From assembly GCF_006345805.1 (NCBI RefSeq), contig NW_021836963.1, positions 1-22,283 on the forward strand: a stretch of DNA of 22,283 nt, written 5' to 3'. The stretch comes from Octopus sinensis (Eukaryota). Made by a program: the position numbers and the translations under genes. The notes under the pieces were generated by a model. The model saw only the letters and a program-made list of their open reading frames with translations, was not told where the DNA came from and did not search any database. Positions 1 to 11,829 of this stretch are shown here, piece by piece (positions within the stretch are counted from its first letter, which is position 1; the number at the start of each line of letters is the position of its first letter).

Positions 1-74
1 AAGTATTTAAAGAAATAACGGGGGGGGGGACGAATAAACAAGCGAAAAGCAAATAATGAACAACTAAGTAGTTA

Positions 75-700
75 GTGTTAACATATATACGCACACATAT
101 ATACGCACACACGCACAACCACACAAACACACATATATTTACACACAAACATATTCATACACCAAAATTTCAGTGTTTAAGTGTGTGCGTGTGTGTGTCT
201 GTATGTCATTGTCAGAATGTGAGTGGGTATGAGTGTGTGTGTGTGTGTGAATGTGTGTATATGTGAATGTGTATGTGTGTGAAAGCGTGTATGTGAATGT
301 TTGTGTGTGAATGTGTGTGTGTCTGCCTGAGTCGGTGTGCATATGTGAATGTGCATGTATGTGAATATGTGTGTGTCAGTCTGAATCGGTCTGTGTGTGT
401 GTGAATGTGTGTGTATGTGAATGTGTGTGTATGTGAGTGTGTATGTATGTGCATATGTGAATGTGCGTGTATGTGTGTGTCTGTCTGAGTTGCTGTGTGT
501 GTGAATGTGTGTGTATGTGAATGTGTGTATGTGTGTGTGTATGTGTGTATCCGTGTGCATATGTGAAGGTGCGTGTATATGAATGAGCGTGTTTGTCTGA
601 GTCGGTGTGTGTGTGTGTGCGTGTGTGTGTGTGACTGTCCACATAAAAATGTATATAACATGTGTATATCGCAGATGCGTACATATAGTCATATAAAAAG
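75..700. repeat. Degenerate compound (CA)n/(TG)n satellite with higher-order units
   Basis: TG-rich tract with recurring TGTGAATG units and a GTCTGAGTCGG-like motif near 321, 379, 483 and 595. The overlapping HTHT/CVCV ORFs are artefacts. Confidence 0.9.
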
Positions 701-860
701 ATGTCCATACATATACAATGCTATATCTATTTTACATAAGCAAATACCTAGATGCTTATATATATATATATACATACACACATATACGCATGCATACCTA
801 CTTCTCCGAACATTCTTTATCATATTGCATTCATATACCAACACACACATCACACACGTT

Positions 861-941
<81 letters not shown>

Positions 942-959
942 GTGTGTAAGTATGTGATT

Positions 960-1165
960 GTTTTCGCATACATTCGCTTGCCTTCTTCCAAGGAGTCTAG
1001 TGCTCTTAGCTTAGATTTTCTTGTTACCGGCCAGATTGGAGCAGCCTCGTGTATAACCGGCCGAAACTGCAAAGACGATCTGGAACTCGACTAAGGATAG
1101 GAAGCTCCGGATGACTCGTCCTTGTTTTTTCTTGTCCGGATGTTTTGTTATCACCTGTTACTTTC
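960..1165. mobile_element. Unclassified interspersed repeat, copy 1 (homologous to 12084-12305)
   Basis: GTTTTCGCATACATTCGCT..TTCCAAGGAGTCTAGTGCTCTTAGCTTAG..TATAACCGGCCGAAACTGCAAAGACGATCTGGAACTCGACT aligns colinearly, in the same orientation, with 12084-12305. Confidence 0.8.
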
Positions 1166-1450
1166 TCGTTCCATTTTTACCTTTATATATGTGTGTGTGT
1201 GGGTATACATATATACGTGTATTTATGTATACATAGGTATGTATGTATATAATATATGTATGTGCTTATATGTGTGTGTGGGTGTGTGAGAGTATATATT
1301 TGTCGGCGCGCGTGTAAATAACATTTTTATCAATGTCAACACAGACAACAGATTCCACCAAGGAAAGCAATTAAATATATCTGTATGTATGTTCGTGTTT
1401 GTTTGTGTATGTGAGTGTGTGAATGTATGTGTGTGTGTGTGTGTACGCGC

Positions 1451-1490
<40 letters not shown>

Positions 1491-1491
<1 letters not shown>

Positions 1492-1940
1492 GCAGGCTTG
1501 GCTGTGTGGTAAGAAGCTTGCTTTCCAACCATATGGTTCCGGGTTCAGTCCCACTGCGTGGCATCTTGGGCAGGTGTCTTCTATTATAGACTCGGGCTTT
1601 AGCCTTCTGAATGTATTTGGTAGACAGAAACTGAGAGAAACCCGTCGTATGTGTGTGTGTTTTTGTGTGTATCTGTGTGTGTGAGAGAGAGAGAGAGAGT
1701 GAGTGTGCGCGTGTTTGTGTTCTTTGTGTCTGCCTTTGTCCCCCGCCACTGATTTTTAATTGGCGCTGGTGTGTTTGCGTCCCCGTTAACTAACGGTTCG
1801 GCGAAAGATTACGATAGAATAAGTACCAGGCTTTTTTTAAAAAAAAAGCACTATGAGTGAATCGTTCCGTTGAAAATTCTTGAAGGAGGTCCTCCAGCAT
1901 GGCCTCAGTTTATATCTGGAACAAGATAAGACGAAAAAGA
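1491..1940 (+). mobile_element. tRNA-derived SINE, family A (CORE-like), with expanded internal microsatellite
   Basis: A-box TGGCTGTGTGG, B-box GGTTCAGTCCC, CORE-like TCTTGGGCAGGTGTCTT, 3' part CCTCCAGCATGGCC. Colinear with 20814-21202 and 6511-6996. Confidence 0.9.
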
Positions 1941-2020
1941 TACTACGTGATATGCATATATTATATATGATATTTATATATGCTTATGAGCAAACATGTG
2001 ACTCTATGCAGACACACACA

Positions 2021-2066
<46 letters not shown>

Positions 2067-2244
2067 TACATATATATAGTAAATGCAAATTACGATGAAC
2101 GTAAACAAACAAACGAAGTTGGCTTTAGATGCGTTGAGATGTCTTAGAAAGTTAAAGAAGTGATATTAAATTCTCAAACGCAGGATAATGCTAATAATAT
2201 AGCCTGAACAGGATAAACTACCCCTATTTTGCAGAAAAAGGTGT

Positions 2245-2323
2245 TGGCAGCCGGCTATGAGACTCGAACTCACACTTCCGTGTCTACGCGTCGCGGTGCT
2301 CTGAACCATTAAGCTAAACTTTC
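2245..2323 (-). pseudogene. tRNA-like sequence (tRNA pseudogene or SINE head)
   Basis: Minus strand: A-box TAGCTTAATGG, D-arm GCTT/GAGC, anticodon-like arm CCGCG/CACGG with a 9-nt loop, T-arm GTGAG-TTCGAGT-CTCAT, then AGCCGGCTG-CCA and a T5 run (2235-2239). The 5' acceptor strand (GAAAGTT) does not pair, so it is not a functional tRNA and the isotype is unassignable. Confidence 0.55.
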
Positions 2324-2646
2324 CACACCACAAATTCTTCCGCAAAGGCAAATTGGTTGTTGAAAATGGACCTAAATTTGAGAAACTTAAAAGTTTCAAT
2401 GTTGACAAGTTTAAATGTTCTTAACAGTCAATAACATGAAAACTGTGCATCAACTGGTTTAAATGCACAAAGTTCATTAGTGTTAGGAGTGACAGACAAG
2501 AAATAAATATCGTCACATTTTCAGTCATACTGAGTTAAGATGGAGGAAAACATAATTATATTATACATATATAATTATAATTACAATTCTCCTTTTTGGT
2601 GAAACTTTGCAGACTGTTGTTTATATTAATTTTAAATACATATATA

Positions 2647-2828
2647 TAGTCGCCATGATAGATCGCTAGCCACTACACATATTTTTTCTCTTCTTGTTTC
2701 TCTCCTTGTTTTTTTTCTGTCTATCTCTCTGTAGAAGAGCGTAGGCTCGAAACCTAAAATACTTTTTCTATTCCTGAGCGTTATACTAATACATCTGTTT
2801 GTTTTCTACACCACCTGTCTTCGTCTTT
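2647..2828 (+). mobile_element. Penelope-like pseudo-LTR repeat with hammerhead-like motif, copy 1 (degenerate cleavage site)
   Basis: TAGTCGCCATGATAGATCG..CTGTAGAAGAGCGTAGGCTCGAAAC (2729-2753)..GAGCGTTATACTAATAC..CCACCTGTCTTCGTCTTT is colinear with 16811-16978. The Penelope assignment is inferred from the minimal hammerhead architecture. Confidence 0.65.
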
Positions 2829-2848
2829 CGAGAGACGAACAAAATTTT

Positions 2849-3456
2849 TTGGTGTTACAAGGAATTTTGTTGGTATTTCGCTCAACTGCGCCCCACACAT
2901 AATAATCAAGGGGGTTGCAGTCAGGTGAGTTTGACGGCCAGATGTGAGGAGTGATGTGGTCGAAGAAATTATCTGACAGCTATGACTGGGTTCTCCTGCT
3001 AGTTTGGCATGGTGCAGAGTCCTGATACCAGTCATAGGGTCTTCCACTCTCTTGACCCAGGGCAGCACTTGACGTAAGCCACCGTGTTGAGTGTGAGGCC
3101 ATGTGGAAAAATGAATGGCGGCATAGTGTTGCCATCACTACTGATCACTCCTAACACCATGATGTTGACTGGATGTTTGATTTTTATCACTCTCGGTACA
3201 TGTCCTCAGATTGCAACTGTCCTCAGATTGACACCCAAACATTCTGGAATTTTCGTATTGGAGCTTCCGGCTCAAATGCCAAGCAGTGCAGCCTGTCACT
3301 TCCATATTCCTGGTAGAGCGTATTACATCATGGTGCTATTTTTCTCACAGACAGTGCTCAATTGACCCTACTATACTGTGTAGTCGACAAAAATCAAAAA
3401 CAAACAATGCGCGAAATTGAAAATATAAAATGGCGACAATTTACCATCGCACCCTG
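2849..3456 (-). mobile_element. Tc1/mariner DD37D (maT) transposon, internally deleted and 3'-truncated; transposase pseudogene
   Basis: Terminus TA|CAGGGTG at 3458-3450. Frameshifted translation gives VPRVIKIKHPVNIMVLGVISSDGNTMPPFIFPHGLTLNT..VLPWVKRV..GRPYDWYQDSAPCQTSRRTQS*LSDNFFDHITPHIWPSNSPDCNPLDYYVWGAVER. There are 37 codons between the D of QDSAP and the D of NPLD. The N-terminal piece GSSNTKIPECLGVNLRTV is joined almost directly to VPRVIK. Confidence 0.92.
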
Positions 3457-3655
3457 TATATACACACACGAGTGTATGCTGAAATTTTTTTGGCTTTAGG
3501 TAAAAGAAAGTACACGAGGTTCAGTTAATTATAATATTACTTCAGTTTTTCTAGGCCCTATACAGGAAATCGGTAAGTTGGGTCTCCAATCAGGACTTTC
3601 GCAATCCCTTAAAACTAGGGAACCATTCAGCACTCTCCTCGTTTATATATACATA

Positions 3656-3720
<65 letters not shown>

Positions 3721-3965
3721 AGTAACAAAAGGGTACATGTGTCAATCCATTACGGCCGTTTCCAACGTCTCCTTTAATTGATTAATGAAAACATTACATC
3801 TTTTATAAAGAAACCGTTTGCGTCAGATGTCTCCATGAACTTTAAACCAGAGGACATTCAAAGTGGTTTAACATAGCTTAAAATCCACGGAGCGAAAAGC
3901 GCTTATATTGACCCTGTTGCTATTTCAATTGGCAGAATGGATTTACCAGAATAGTGTATATTTGG

Positions 3966-5062
3966 TCAGAACAGAGAAATTAAGGGACTAGTAGAGTTTT
4001 TAGGAGTGGGGGGGGGAAGAATAATTGACTCCAGTGACCCGGATATCTGTACTTCTAACAAGAAATGAGGACATGCCTCCAATAGTCTAAATTAAGATGG
4101 TGTTTAATGGTCAATGGTAAAGTAAAGAATTATGGTCAAGTCAACCTACTAAATAATCAAGGTCGTATGTGATGAAACCAATACACAGGCTTTATCTCTG
4201 CAAATGGGCAGAGCAAGGGGTAGTAATAAAGATACAAGAGATGGTAAAGGGATGATAAAGAGAAAGAAGAAGGAACGAAAAGTGACCCAACCGTTATTAA
4301 TTACCGCATTGGTAGATGAAGACTTTGGAAGATAATAGAATAAGGGTTATAGGGCCAAGTGCTAAACTAGGAGTGGGAATCATTGCTTGATAAAATAGGG
4401 CTTGCCCATATAACCCTTATTGTATTATCATTCAAAGTCTTCCTCTACTAATACGGTAATTAATAACGGTTGGGTCACTTTTCGCTCTTTCTTCATTCTC
4501 TTTATCGTCCCTCCACCATCCCTCACTGTGTATTGATTCTATCACACACGGACCTTGATAATTTAGTAGGTTGAACTGACCACAATCCATTTTCTTACCA
4601 TTGACCAGTAAACATTGAACAACTTCTTAATAAATAAACCCAGACTACTAGAGCCACGCCCTCCTTTCTTATTAAGTATAGATATCAGAGTTTGTTAAGG
4701 TTATTTCTATAGATATCCTATAGAAATATATATCATATACACTCATTACCCAATTTTGTCTTCGACTTCATTGCTTTACATCTGACGTCACGGATACGAA
4801 ACTTTGTAGCAAAAATCAGTGCAGGCTATTATTTCTATGGAATATCTGCAGAAATAACCTTAACAACATAATGCAAGATGCACTGCTAATGCAGTAGAAC
4901 TTGGTACTGACTTATAAAAATAAATGCTTTATAATATAGTATGCTTGCATAACGAAGTACCACACACCTACACATCATTAATGTATACCTGATTCACTGG
5001 AGTCGATTATTCCTTCCCCCCTCATAAAAACTCTACTAACCCCTAAATTTCTCTTTGTCTGA
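3966..5062. repeat. Long imperfect inverted duplication (arms ~3966-4359 and ~4401-5062; 41-nt spacer 4360-4400)
   Basis: 4249-4359 vs the reverse complement of 4401-4511: about 12 mismatches in 111 nt, with a 31-bp perfect run CGAAAAGTGACCCAACCGTTATTAATTACCG. Weaker colinear matches: ~4040-4190 with 4525-4686, and ~3966-4037 with ~4992-5062. Confidence 0.92.
4699..4859. mobile_element. 161-bp MITE with TTAA TSD and GG..CC termini (Kolobok-type)
   Basis: TTAA (4695-4698) | GGTTATTTCTATAGATATCCTATAGAAAT ... ATTTCTATGGAATATCTGCAGAAATAACC | TTAA (4860-4863). 29-bp TIRs, 25/29 identical. A TTAA TSD with 5'-RR termini fits Kolobok rather than piggyBac (5'-YY). Confidence 0.75.
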
Positions 5063-5271
5063 GTAAAATTACGAATTTACATTATTAATTAACAATTGCA
5101 AAAGGCAGTAATAGAATATTATAGAATAGAGACAGAAATCCCATCTGAAGAAATATTTGTACAAAGAACGAGTATCTCTCATTATCGTTTAAATTCCAGA
5201 TATATTTTGACAGTGAAGTAGCAAGACGTTTTTCTATTTCTCTAAATAAAAAGAAGAATATTTTTACTTAG

Positions 5272-5311
<40 letters not shown>

Positions 5312-5913
5312 TATAGCTTATTCGCTCAGTATCATCTGTAAACGAGAGACTTTAGCTCGATAAACTAAGTCTTCAGAAAGATACTCACAGCAGAGACGAC
5401 GGACATTATGCTTGGTATAAGTACAGATCGTACTTATGAAGAATTCTGCGTATTTGTCTTTTGTTTAAAAATAAAAGGTATGAAGTTTGTGTGCAACTGT
5501 ATCTCACCATAACGTTATGCTTATTGAAAACCTTATGGGGCGGTGCGTTGAATATTTATAAGCTTTAGGAAAATCCCAGAATTATTGGAACGAATTTTTA
5601 CACTATAGAGAGAATTGCACCATAAAATCTTTCGCTTCCTACTTTTGTGTTTATGAATATTAGTATTGCTCTGAATGCAATATATTGCATTGAAGAAGCC
5701 GTGGCCTTTACAAACGTTATTGTCATTTTGAGGTGCGGGATTAATAGTTTGATTGTCAGGGAATATGCTGGATATGCGTTTACTAATGTTATTAACGGGG
5801 TTTATTTTTATCAATAATGCAGGATGATTAGAAAATGTTATTAATATAATGTGTGTAATTTCTATTTATAAACAATAATGGCAGAAATTGTGATTACTAT
5901 AAGAAATCAACTG

Positions 5914-5930
5914 ATAGATAGATAGATTAA

Positions 5931-6026
<96 letters not shown>

Positions 6027-6058
6027 GTAGGTAGATAGATGGATAGATGGATGGATGA

Positions 6059-6121
<63 letters not shown>

Positions 6122-6142
6122 TATAGATGAATGGATGGATAG

Positions 6143-6173
<31 letters not shown>

Positions 6174-6250
6174 GATAGATGGTTACATACACACACACAA
6201 TACATACATACATACATACATACATACATACATACATACATACATACACA
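5914..6250. repeat. (GATA)n array followed by (TACA)n
   Basis: Direct inspection. The YLSI/IYLS ORFs are artefacts. Confidence 0.97.
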
Positions 6251-6510
6251 GCCACGACTGCGCCTATGGTATACAAACTTCTATTACACAAAGATACACC
6301 CATATACATTACACGACAGAGAAACACATATAGCAATGCACACATACATGCACAAGCATCGATACGCAAACGCGCACATTACAACCATTCACATATTCAC
6401 ACATATGCAAACTCTCTAAACATACAAACATTCTAAAACACACACACATACATCAACACACAAGCATACGCACAAACACGCGCACGCATACACACAACCC
6501 CATCGACTCA

Positions 6511-6686
6511 TGCAGGCGTCGCTGTGTGATAAGAAGCTTGATTCCCAACCACATGGTTCCGGGTTCAATCCCACTGGTTGGAACCTTGGGCAAGTGTCTC
6601 CTACGATATCCTTGGGCCAATCAAAGCCTCTGATGCGGATTTGGTAGACAGAAAGTGAAAGAATCATGTCATACATGTGTGTGTGT

Positions 6687-6728
<42 letters not shown>

Positions 6729-6996
6729 GTGTTTGTGTGTATGTGTTGTGTATGCGTTGTGTGTGTATGTATGTCTGTCTGTCTGTCCGCTTGCCCCCTC
6801 CATCACGTGACAATCAGTATTGGTGTGATTGCGTGACCGTAACTTAGCATTTCGACAAAAAAGTCCGATGGAATAAATACCAGCCTTAAAGAAAATACTG
6901 GAGACGATTCGTTCGACTCGAGATTCTTGAAGACAGTGCTCCAGCATGGTCGCAGTCTAATGACTGAAACAAGTAAAGGATTAAAGATTAAAGATA
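6511..6996 (+). mobile_element. tRNA-derived SINE, family A, with expanded internal (TG)n
   Basis: GCAGGCGTCGCTGTGTGATAAGAAGCTTG..GGTTCAATCCC..CCTTGGGCAAGTGTCT..GTGCTCCAGCATGGTCGCAGTCTAATGACTGAAACAAGTAAA; colinear with 20814-21202. Confidence 0.9.
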
Positions 6997-7044
6997 TATA
7001 GACAAACACCGTTTTCACACCACCGCCTACAAAAGCACAAACGC

Positions 7045-7055
7045 GTCCATATGTC

Positions 7056-7097
<42 letters not shown>

Positions 7098-7274
7098 TAC
7101 ACGTAGACATTCACACATACACACGGACGCACACACACACACACGCACGCATAAATAGACGCGAACACATATAACAACATACATGTTCCATACACACATT
7201 TATACACATATACGAAATATTCACACATATATACACACATTCAGGCATTTACAATGACCAGCCATTTTAAAGCG

Positions 7275-7328
<54 letters not shown>

Positions 7329-7507
7329 GCACAAACTCACACAAGTACATGCGCACACACACATAGAGGACACACACACACACAGACGGACAAACAGAAG
7401 TACACGTGCACACCCACGTACACATACCACGCACACACACATAGAGACACACATACACGAAGTCACACACACGCATACACGTAGACATTCACACATACAC
7501 ACGGACG

Positions 7508-7539
<32 letters not shown>

Positions 7540-7545
7540 CAGACG
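7045..7545. repeat. Compound (CA)n region with a 50-bp exact internal duplication (7091-7140 = 7469-7518)
   Basis: ACACGCATACACGTAGACATTCACACATACACACGGACGCACACACACAC occurs twice, 378 bp apart. Confidence 0.85.
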
Positions 7546-7614
7546 CAGACGACGCTATTTCGTACTACAAACATTTATACATACCAATACACACATACAC
7601 ACACATGTTACCCC

Positions 7615-7745
7615 CTCTCTCTCTCTCACTCCTCCTGTCTCTCCATCTCCATCTCTCTCTCTCTCTCACTCCTCCTGTCTCTCCATTTCCATCTCTCTCT
7701 CTCACCCCTCCTGTCCCTCTATCACCATCTCTCTCTTTCTCTCTC
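7615..7745. repeat. Pyrimidine-rich minisatellite, ~3 units of ~38 bp
   Basis: (CT)n-CACTCCTCCTGTCTCTCCAT(C/T)TCCAT repeated three times with decay. Confidence 0.85.
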
Positions 7746-8149
7746 ACTCACACACGCACACATCTATACCCTCTTTTACTTTTACGCAGTTACACAATCG
7801 TAAAAACAACAACAACAACAACAACAACAAAAAAAGATACAATAAAACAAACTCCCGGATCAATTTTTGTGCGGTCATTGATTCGGAAGAAATTTGATCG
7901 GTTTAATGTCGAGATTCATATAAACTATTTTAACTGGCAACATTATCTGCAGCCAGTGTCATTGTCGAACAAGACATCGACTCACATAATCACTAGGTTT
8001 CTATATGTGTTTTTGAGCTTCTAGTTATTGTGGTGGCGGCGGCGGTGGCTGTGGTGGTGGTGGTGGTGGAGGTGGTGGTTAGTGCAGACATATATGTAGT
8101 ATGTGTATAATTGTAAATATTAGACGCATTGAGAGTGTGAGTGTATATA

Positions 8150-8290
8150 TTGTATATATGTATGTATATATATATATATATATATATATTGTTTTTTATT
8201 TATTGTACGCATGTTATTACCTAAGTTCGTTTATGTATGTATGTATGTATGTATGTATATATGTGTGTGCGTGCGTGGTGTGTGAGTGTA

Positions 8291-8340
<50 letters not shown>

Positions 8341-8437
8341 AATAAATGTATATGTATACATTTTGTAAATATACATTTTTTTGTACATATATATACACAT
8401 GTATATATACATATATTTATTTGCTTGTTTACATATG

Positions 8438-8483
<46 letters not shown>

Positions 8484-8791
8484 ATAGCTATAGATATATA
8501 TAGTGTATATATACGTATATATATATATATATATATATATATGCATGTAACTACTTACACAAAACAAAATTGTGTCTATACATGTATATGTAAAACCCTT
8601 TTTACATACATTTACACATTTATGTGTATACATAATTACATACAAAGAAATGCATAATTTTTCTATGCAAGAATTCAAAGATGCATACTAATATAAAACA
8701 TATACATAATATATATATATTATATATATATATCTATATATATTATAATATATATATATGAGTGTTTGAGTGTGTGTGTGTTTATAAGCAC

Positions 8792-8822
<31 letters not shown>

Positions 8823-8853
8823 ATGCATATGTATATATGCTATATATATAATA

Positions 8854-8905
<52 letters not shown>

Positions 8906-8990
8906 AATATATATATATAATAATAATATATATGTATATATATATATATGTATATATATGTATATATGCGTGTATACGTATGTATGTATT
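8150..8990. repeat. (TA)n-dominated low-complexity region
   Basis: Direct inspection. The YIYI ORFs are artefacts. Confidence 0.9.
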
Positions 8991-9189
8991 TATGATTAGA
9001 GCCAAAGGAGGACATTTCTCATTAAGTCATAAAACAGAAATACTTCAATTTCTACGTTAATTTGTACGTTTAGTACAACGTTTGAGATGGGGAAGGGGGG
9101 ATGAAAGAGATAGACGAAGAGAGGGAGGGATAATGAGAGAGAGAGAGGAAGCTTGAAAAGGATGAAGATAAAGAGATTGAGAGAGAAAG

Positions 9190-9225
9190 GGATTGAGAGA
9201 GAATAGATAGATTGATAGATAGATG

Positions 9226-9263
<38 letters not shown>

Positions 9264-9266
9264 TAC

Positions 9267-9317
<51 letters not shown>

Positions 9318-9348
9318 TAGACAGATAGATAGATAGATAGATAGATAC

Positions 9349-9434
<86 letters not shown>

Positions 9435-9508
9435 TGACAGATATATGTATGTGTATAGATAGATAAATACAAATAGATAGATAGATGGATAGATAGATAG
9501 GTAGATAG

Positions 9509-9549
<41 letters not shown>

Positions 9550-9572
9550 TACAGATAGATAGATACAGATAG

Positions 9573-9609
<37 letters not shown>

Positions 9610-9612
9610 TAC

Positions 9613-9709
<97 letters not shown>
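9190..9709. repeat. Long compound (GATA)n/(GA)n array with higher-order (GA)n-TACAGATAG units
   Basis: The (GA)n-GATACAGATAG junction recurs near 9260, 9548 and 9607, indicating unit-level duplication inside the array. Confidence 0.95.
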
Positions 9710-9710
<1 letters not shown>

Positions 9711-10249
9711 ACATATTATGAGGTGTGAAATGAAGGGTTGTAAAACAGTAAAACTTGTAAATATGGAGCGAAAATAATTGTGTCCACGCATGCGTAACAC
9801 TCATATTTTGATAATGTATTTAAGAGATAAAAATCATGGAGGCGGTATATATGCAGAAAGTGAAAACGAGGCAAGAGTTTTATGTCGTCGAAATTTTACG
9901 GTGATTGTCGGTAAATGAGGGAGCCATGTTTAGGCCTACGTATATACATACAAACATTCGCATATATCTATATATTAATATATATATATATATATAAAGA
10001 TACATACAAATATGTATATATCTACATTATGTATTTGTATGTATGTATTCTATCCTATCATATAATATTTAGCCAAAATTGTATATATGGTGTTATTTTC
10101 GGTTGATTGTTGACGAGTGGAATGATGGCGACGATGGTGTTACCGGTAGGGTTTATCGTGATAATGGGCACGACGACGACGATGATGCTGAAGAGGATGA
10201 TGATAACGATGATAAATGTGTTGCTGTTACTATGTAGGCAGAGATTTAA

Positions 10250-10390
10250 CCCTGGCCAAGAAACTGTGTAATCAAAGGTGTTCTAGCCGTGGCCATCCCA
10301 TCTTTTCAGGGTATATTTTATGACAGTCTTACAAAAATGGTAGGATGTGATTTGAGAGCATTTCCTTGCTATTATTAGCTGGTTGAGCGT
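10250..10390 (+). mobile_element. Unclassified interspersed repeat (family C), related pieces at 20141-20184 and 20284-20316
   Basis: ATCAAAGGTGTTCTAGCCGTGGCCAT (10271) resembles ATCAAAGGCGTTCCAGTCGTGACCAT (20284). TTGCTATTATTAGCTGGTTGAG (10367) resembles CTGCTATTTCTAGCAGGTCGAG (20163). Confidence 0.6.
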
Positions 10391-10689
10391 CCACATAGAG
10401 GACTTCTTCAACGCCTGTGTAAATGTGCGTATAATGTCACTAGAAAGAGCAGTCAGTCTTACTCATATAAGAATCTACCATCTTTAAAATAGAAGGAAAC
10501 ACTTCAGGCACATGGAGAAACACTGTATCTGAAAAAGAGACGATATAGATAGATACATAGAGAGAGAGAGAGAGAGAAGCAAACAAACAGACAGACAGAT
10601 ACATACATAGTAATATATATATATATATATATGTGTGTGTATATATTTATATATATATAAATGTATGAATATACATATGCATGTATATG

Positions 10690-10723
<34 letters not shown>

Positions 10724-10773
10724 CATGTATTTACATATGTATATCTATCTATATCTATCTATCGATCATTTAT

Positions 10774-10818
<45 letters not shown>

Positions 10819-10832
10819 ATTATATATATATA

Positions 10833-10865
<33 letters not shown>

Positions 10866-10866
<1 letters not shown>

Positions 10867-11065
10867 TTCGTCTCTACTCTAGCTACAAGTCCAAAATTTT
10901 TGGAGAAGGGGACAGTCGATTAGAACGCCTCAGTACGCCACTGGTACTAAATTTATCGACCCCGAAAGGATGAAAGTCAAAGTCGACCTCGGCGGATTTG
11001 AACTCAGAACATAGAGAGACGAAATACCGATAAGCATTTGCCCTGCGTGCTAAACGTTTCTTGCC
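10866..11065 (-). mobile_element. tRNA-derived SINE, family B (Meta/MESC-like central domain)
   Basis: Reverse complement GGCAAGAAACGTTTAGCACG..CTGAGTTCAAATCCGCCGAGGTCGACTTTGACTTTCATCCTTTCGGGGTCGATAAATTTAGTACCAG matches 18643-18905. The domain name is from recollection of MetaSINE-type consensus and was not verified. Confidence 0.88.
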
Positions 11066-11083
11066 TTAATATATATATCATAT

Positions 11084-11138
<55 letters not shown>

Positions 11139-11196
11139 ATAATATATATATTATATATATATATAATATATATGTGTGATATATATATATATATAT

Positions 11197-11241
<45 letters not shown>

Positions 11242-11732
11242 TCATATATGTATAGATAGATAGATAGAAGACTGATTGATTGATTGACTTGATAGATTAT
11301 ATGTTAAAGTATTTTTTACATAATTACTTGTATTTAATAGTCGTGTTTTATTAGAGGCTGGAGTTCGCCAGGAATCTATTAAATGTACCCGTGCTTTTAA
11401 TAGTTTTCACAAACAGGTTGGGCTTCTCGTGTTGAACCCAATTACTGTCAGAGGAATGCTTAAGGATTGAATACTCAAAGCCATATATGTCATTTTTGAT
11501 AATTTCGCTGAAATAGTTGGCGCCCTTCATTAGTAGGTTCTCCTTTCATATTCAAATATTTCAAAATATTTGTTATAAGAGGAACAATTTCTCCTCGTAC
11601 GGCACATGGTGGATCTTCGTCTGCGGGCGACGAGGATTCAGTTGATGGATCAATTTAATCATCTGCTGTTTCAGTTCACGTCTAAATGGCCGAAAATTCG
11701 AAGTCATTCTCAATAGCATTTTTGTATAAGAA

Positions 11733-11763
<31 letters not shown>

Positions 11764-11829
11764 GCTTACATACACCCCCCCACACACACATATATATATA
11801 TATTATATATATATATATATACATATATA

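Noticed and set aside
5674-5691. Perfect 18-bp palindrome AATGCAATATATTGCATT
   Set aside because: It is AT-rich, and about one such palindrome is plausible by chance in 22 kb of this composition; no flanking structure.
5533-5814. 93-aa minus-strand ORF in non-repetitive-looking sequence
   Set aside because: No recognisable motif and no convincing splice signals; the length is compatible with chance.
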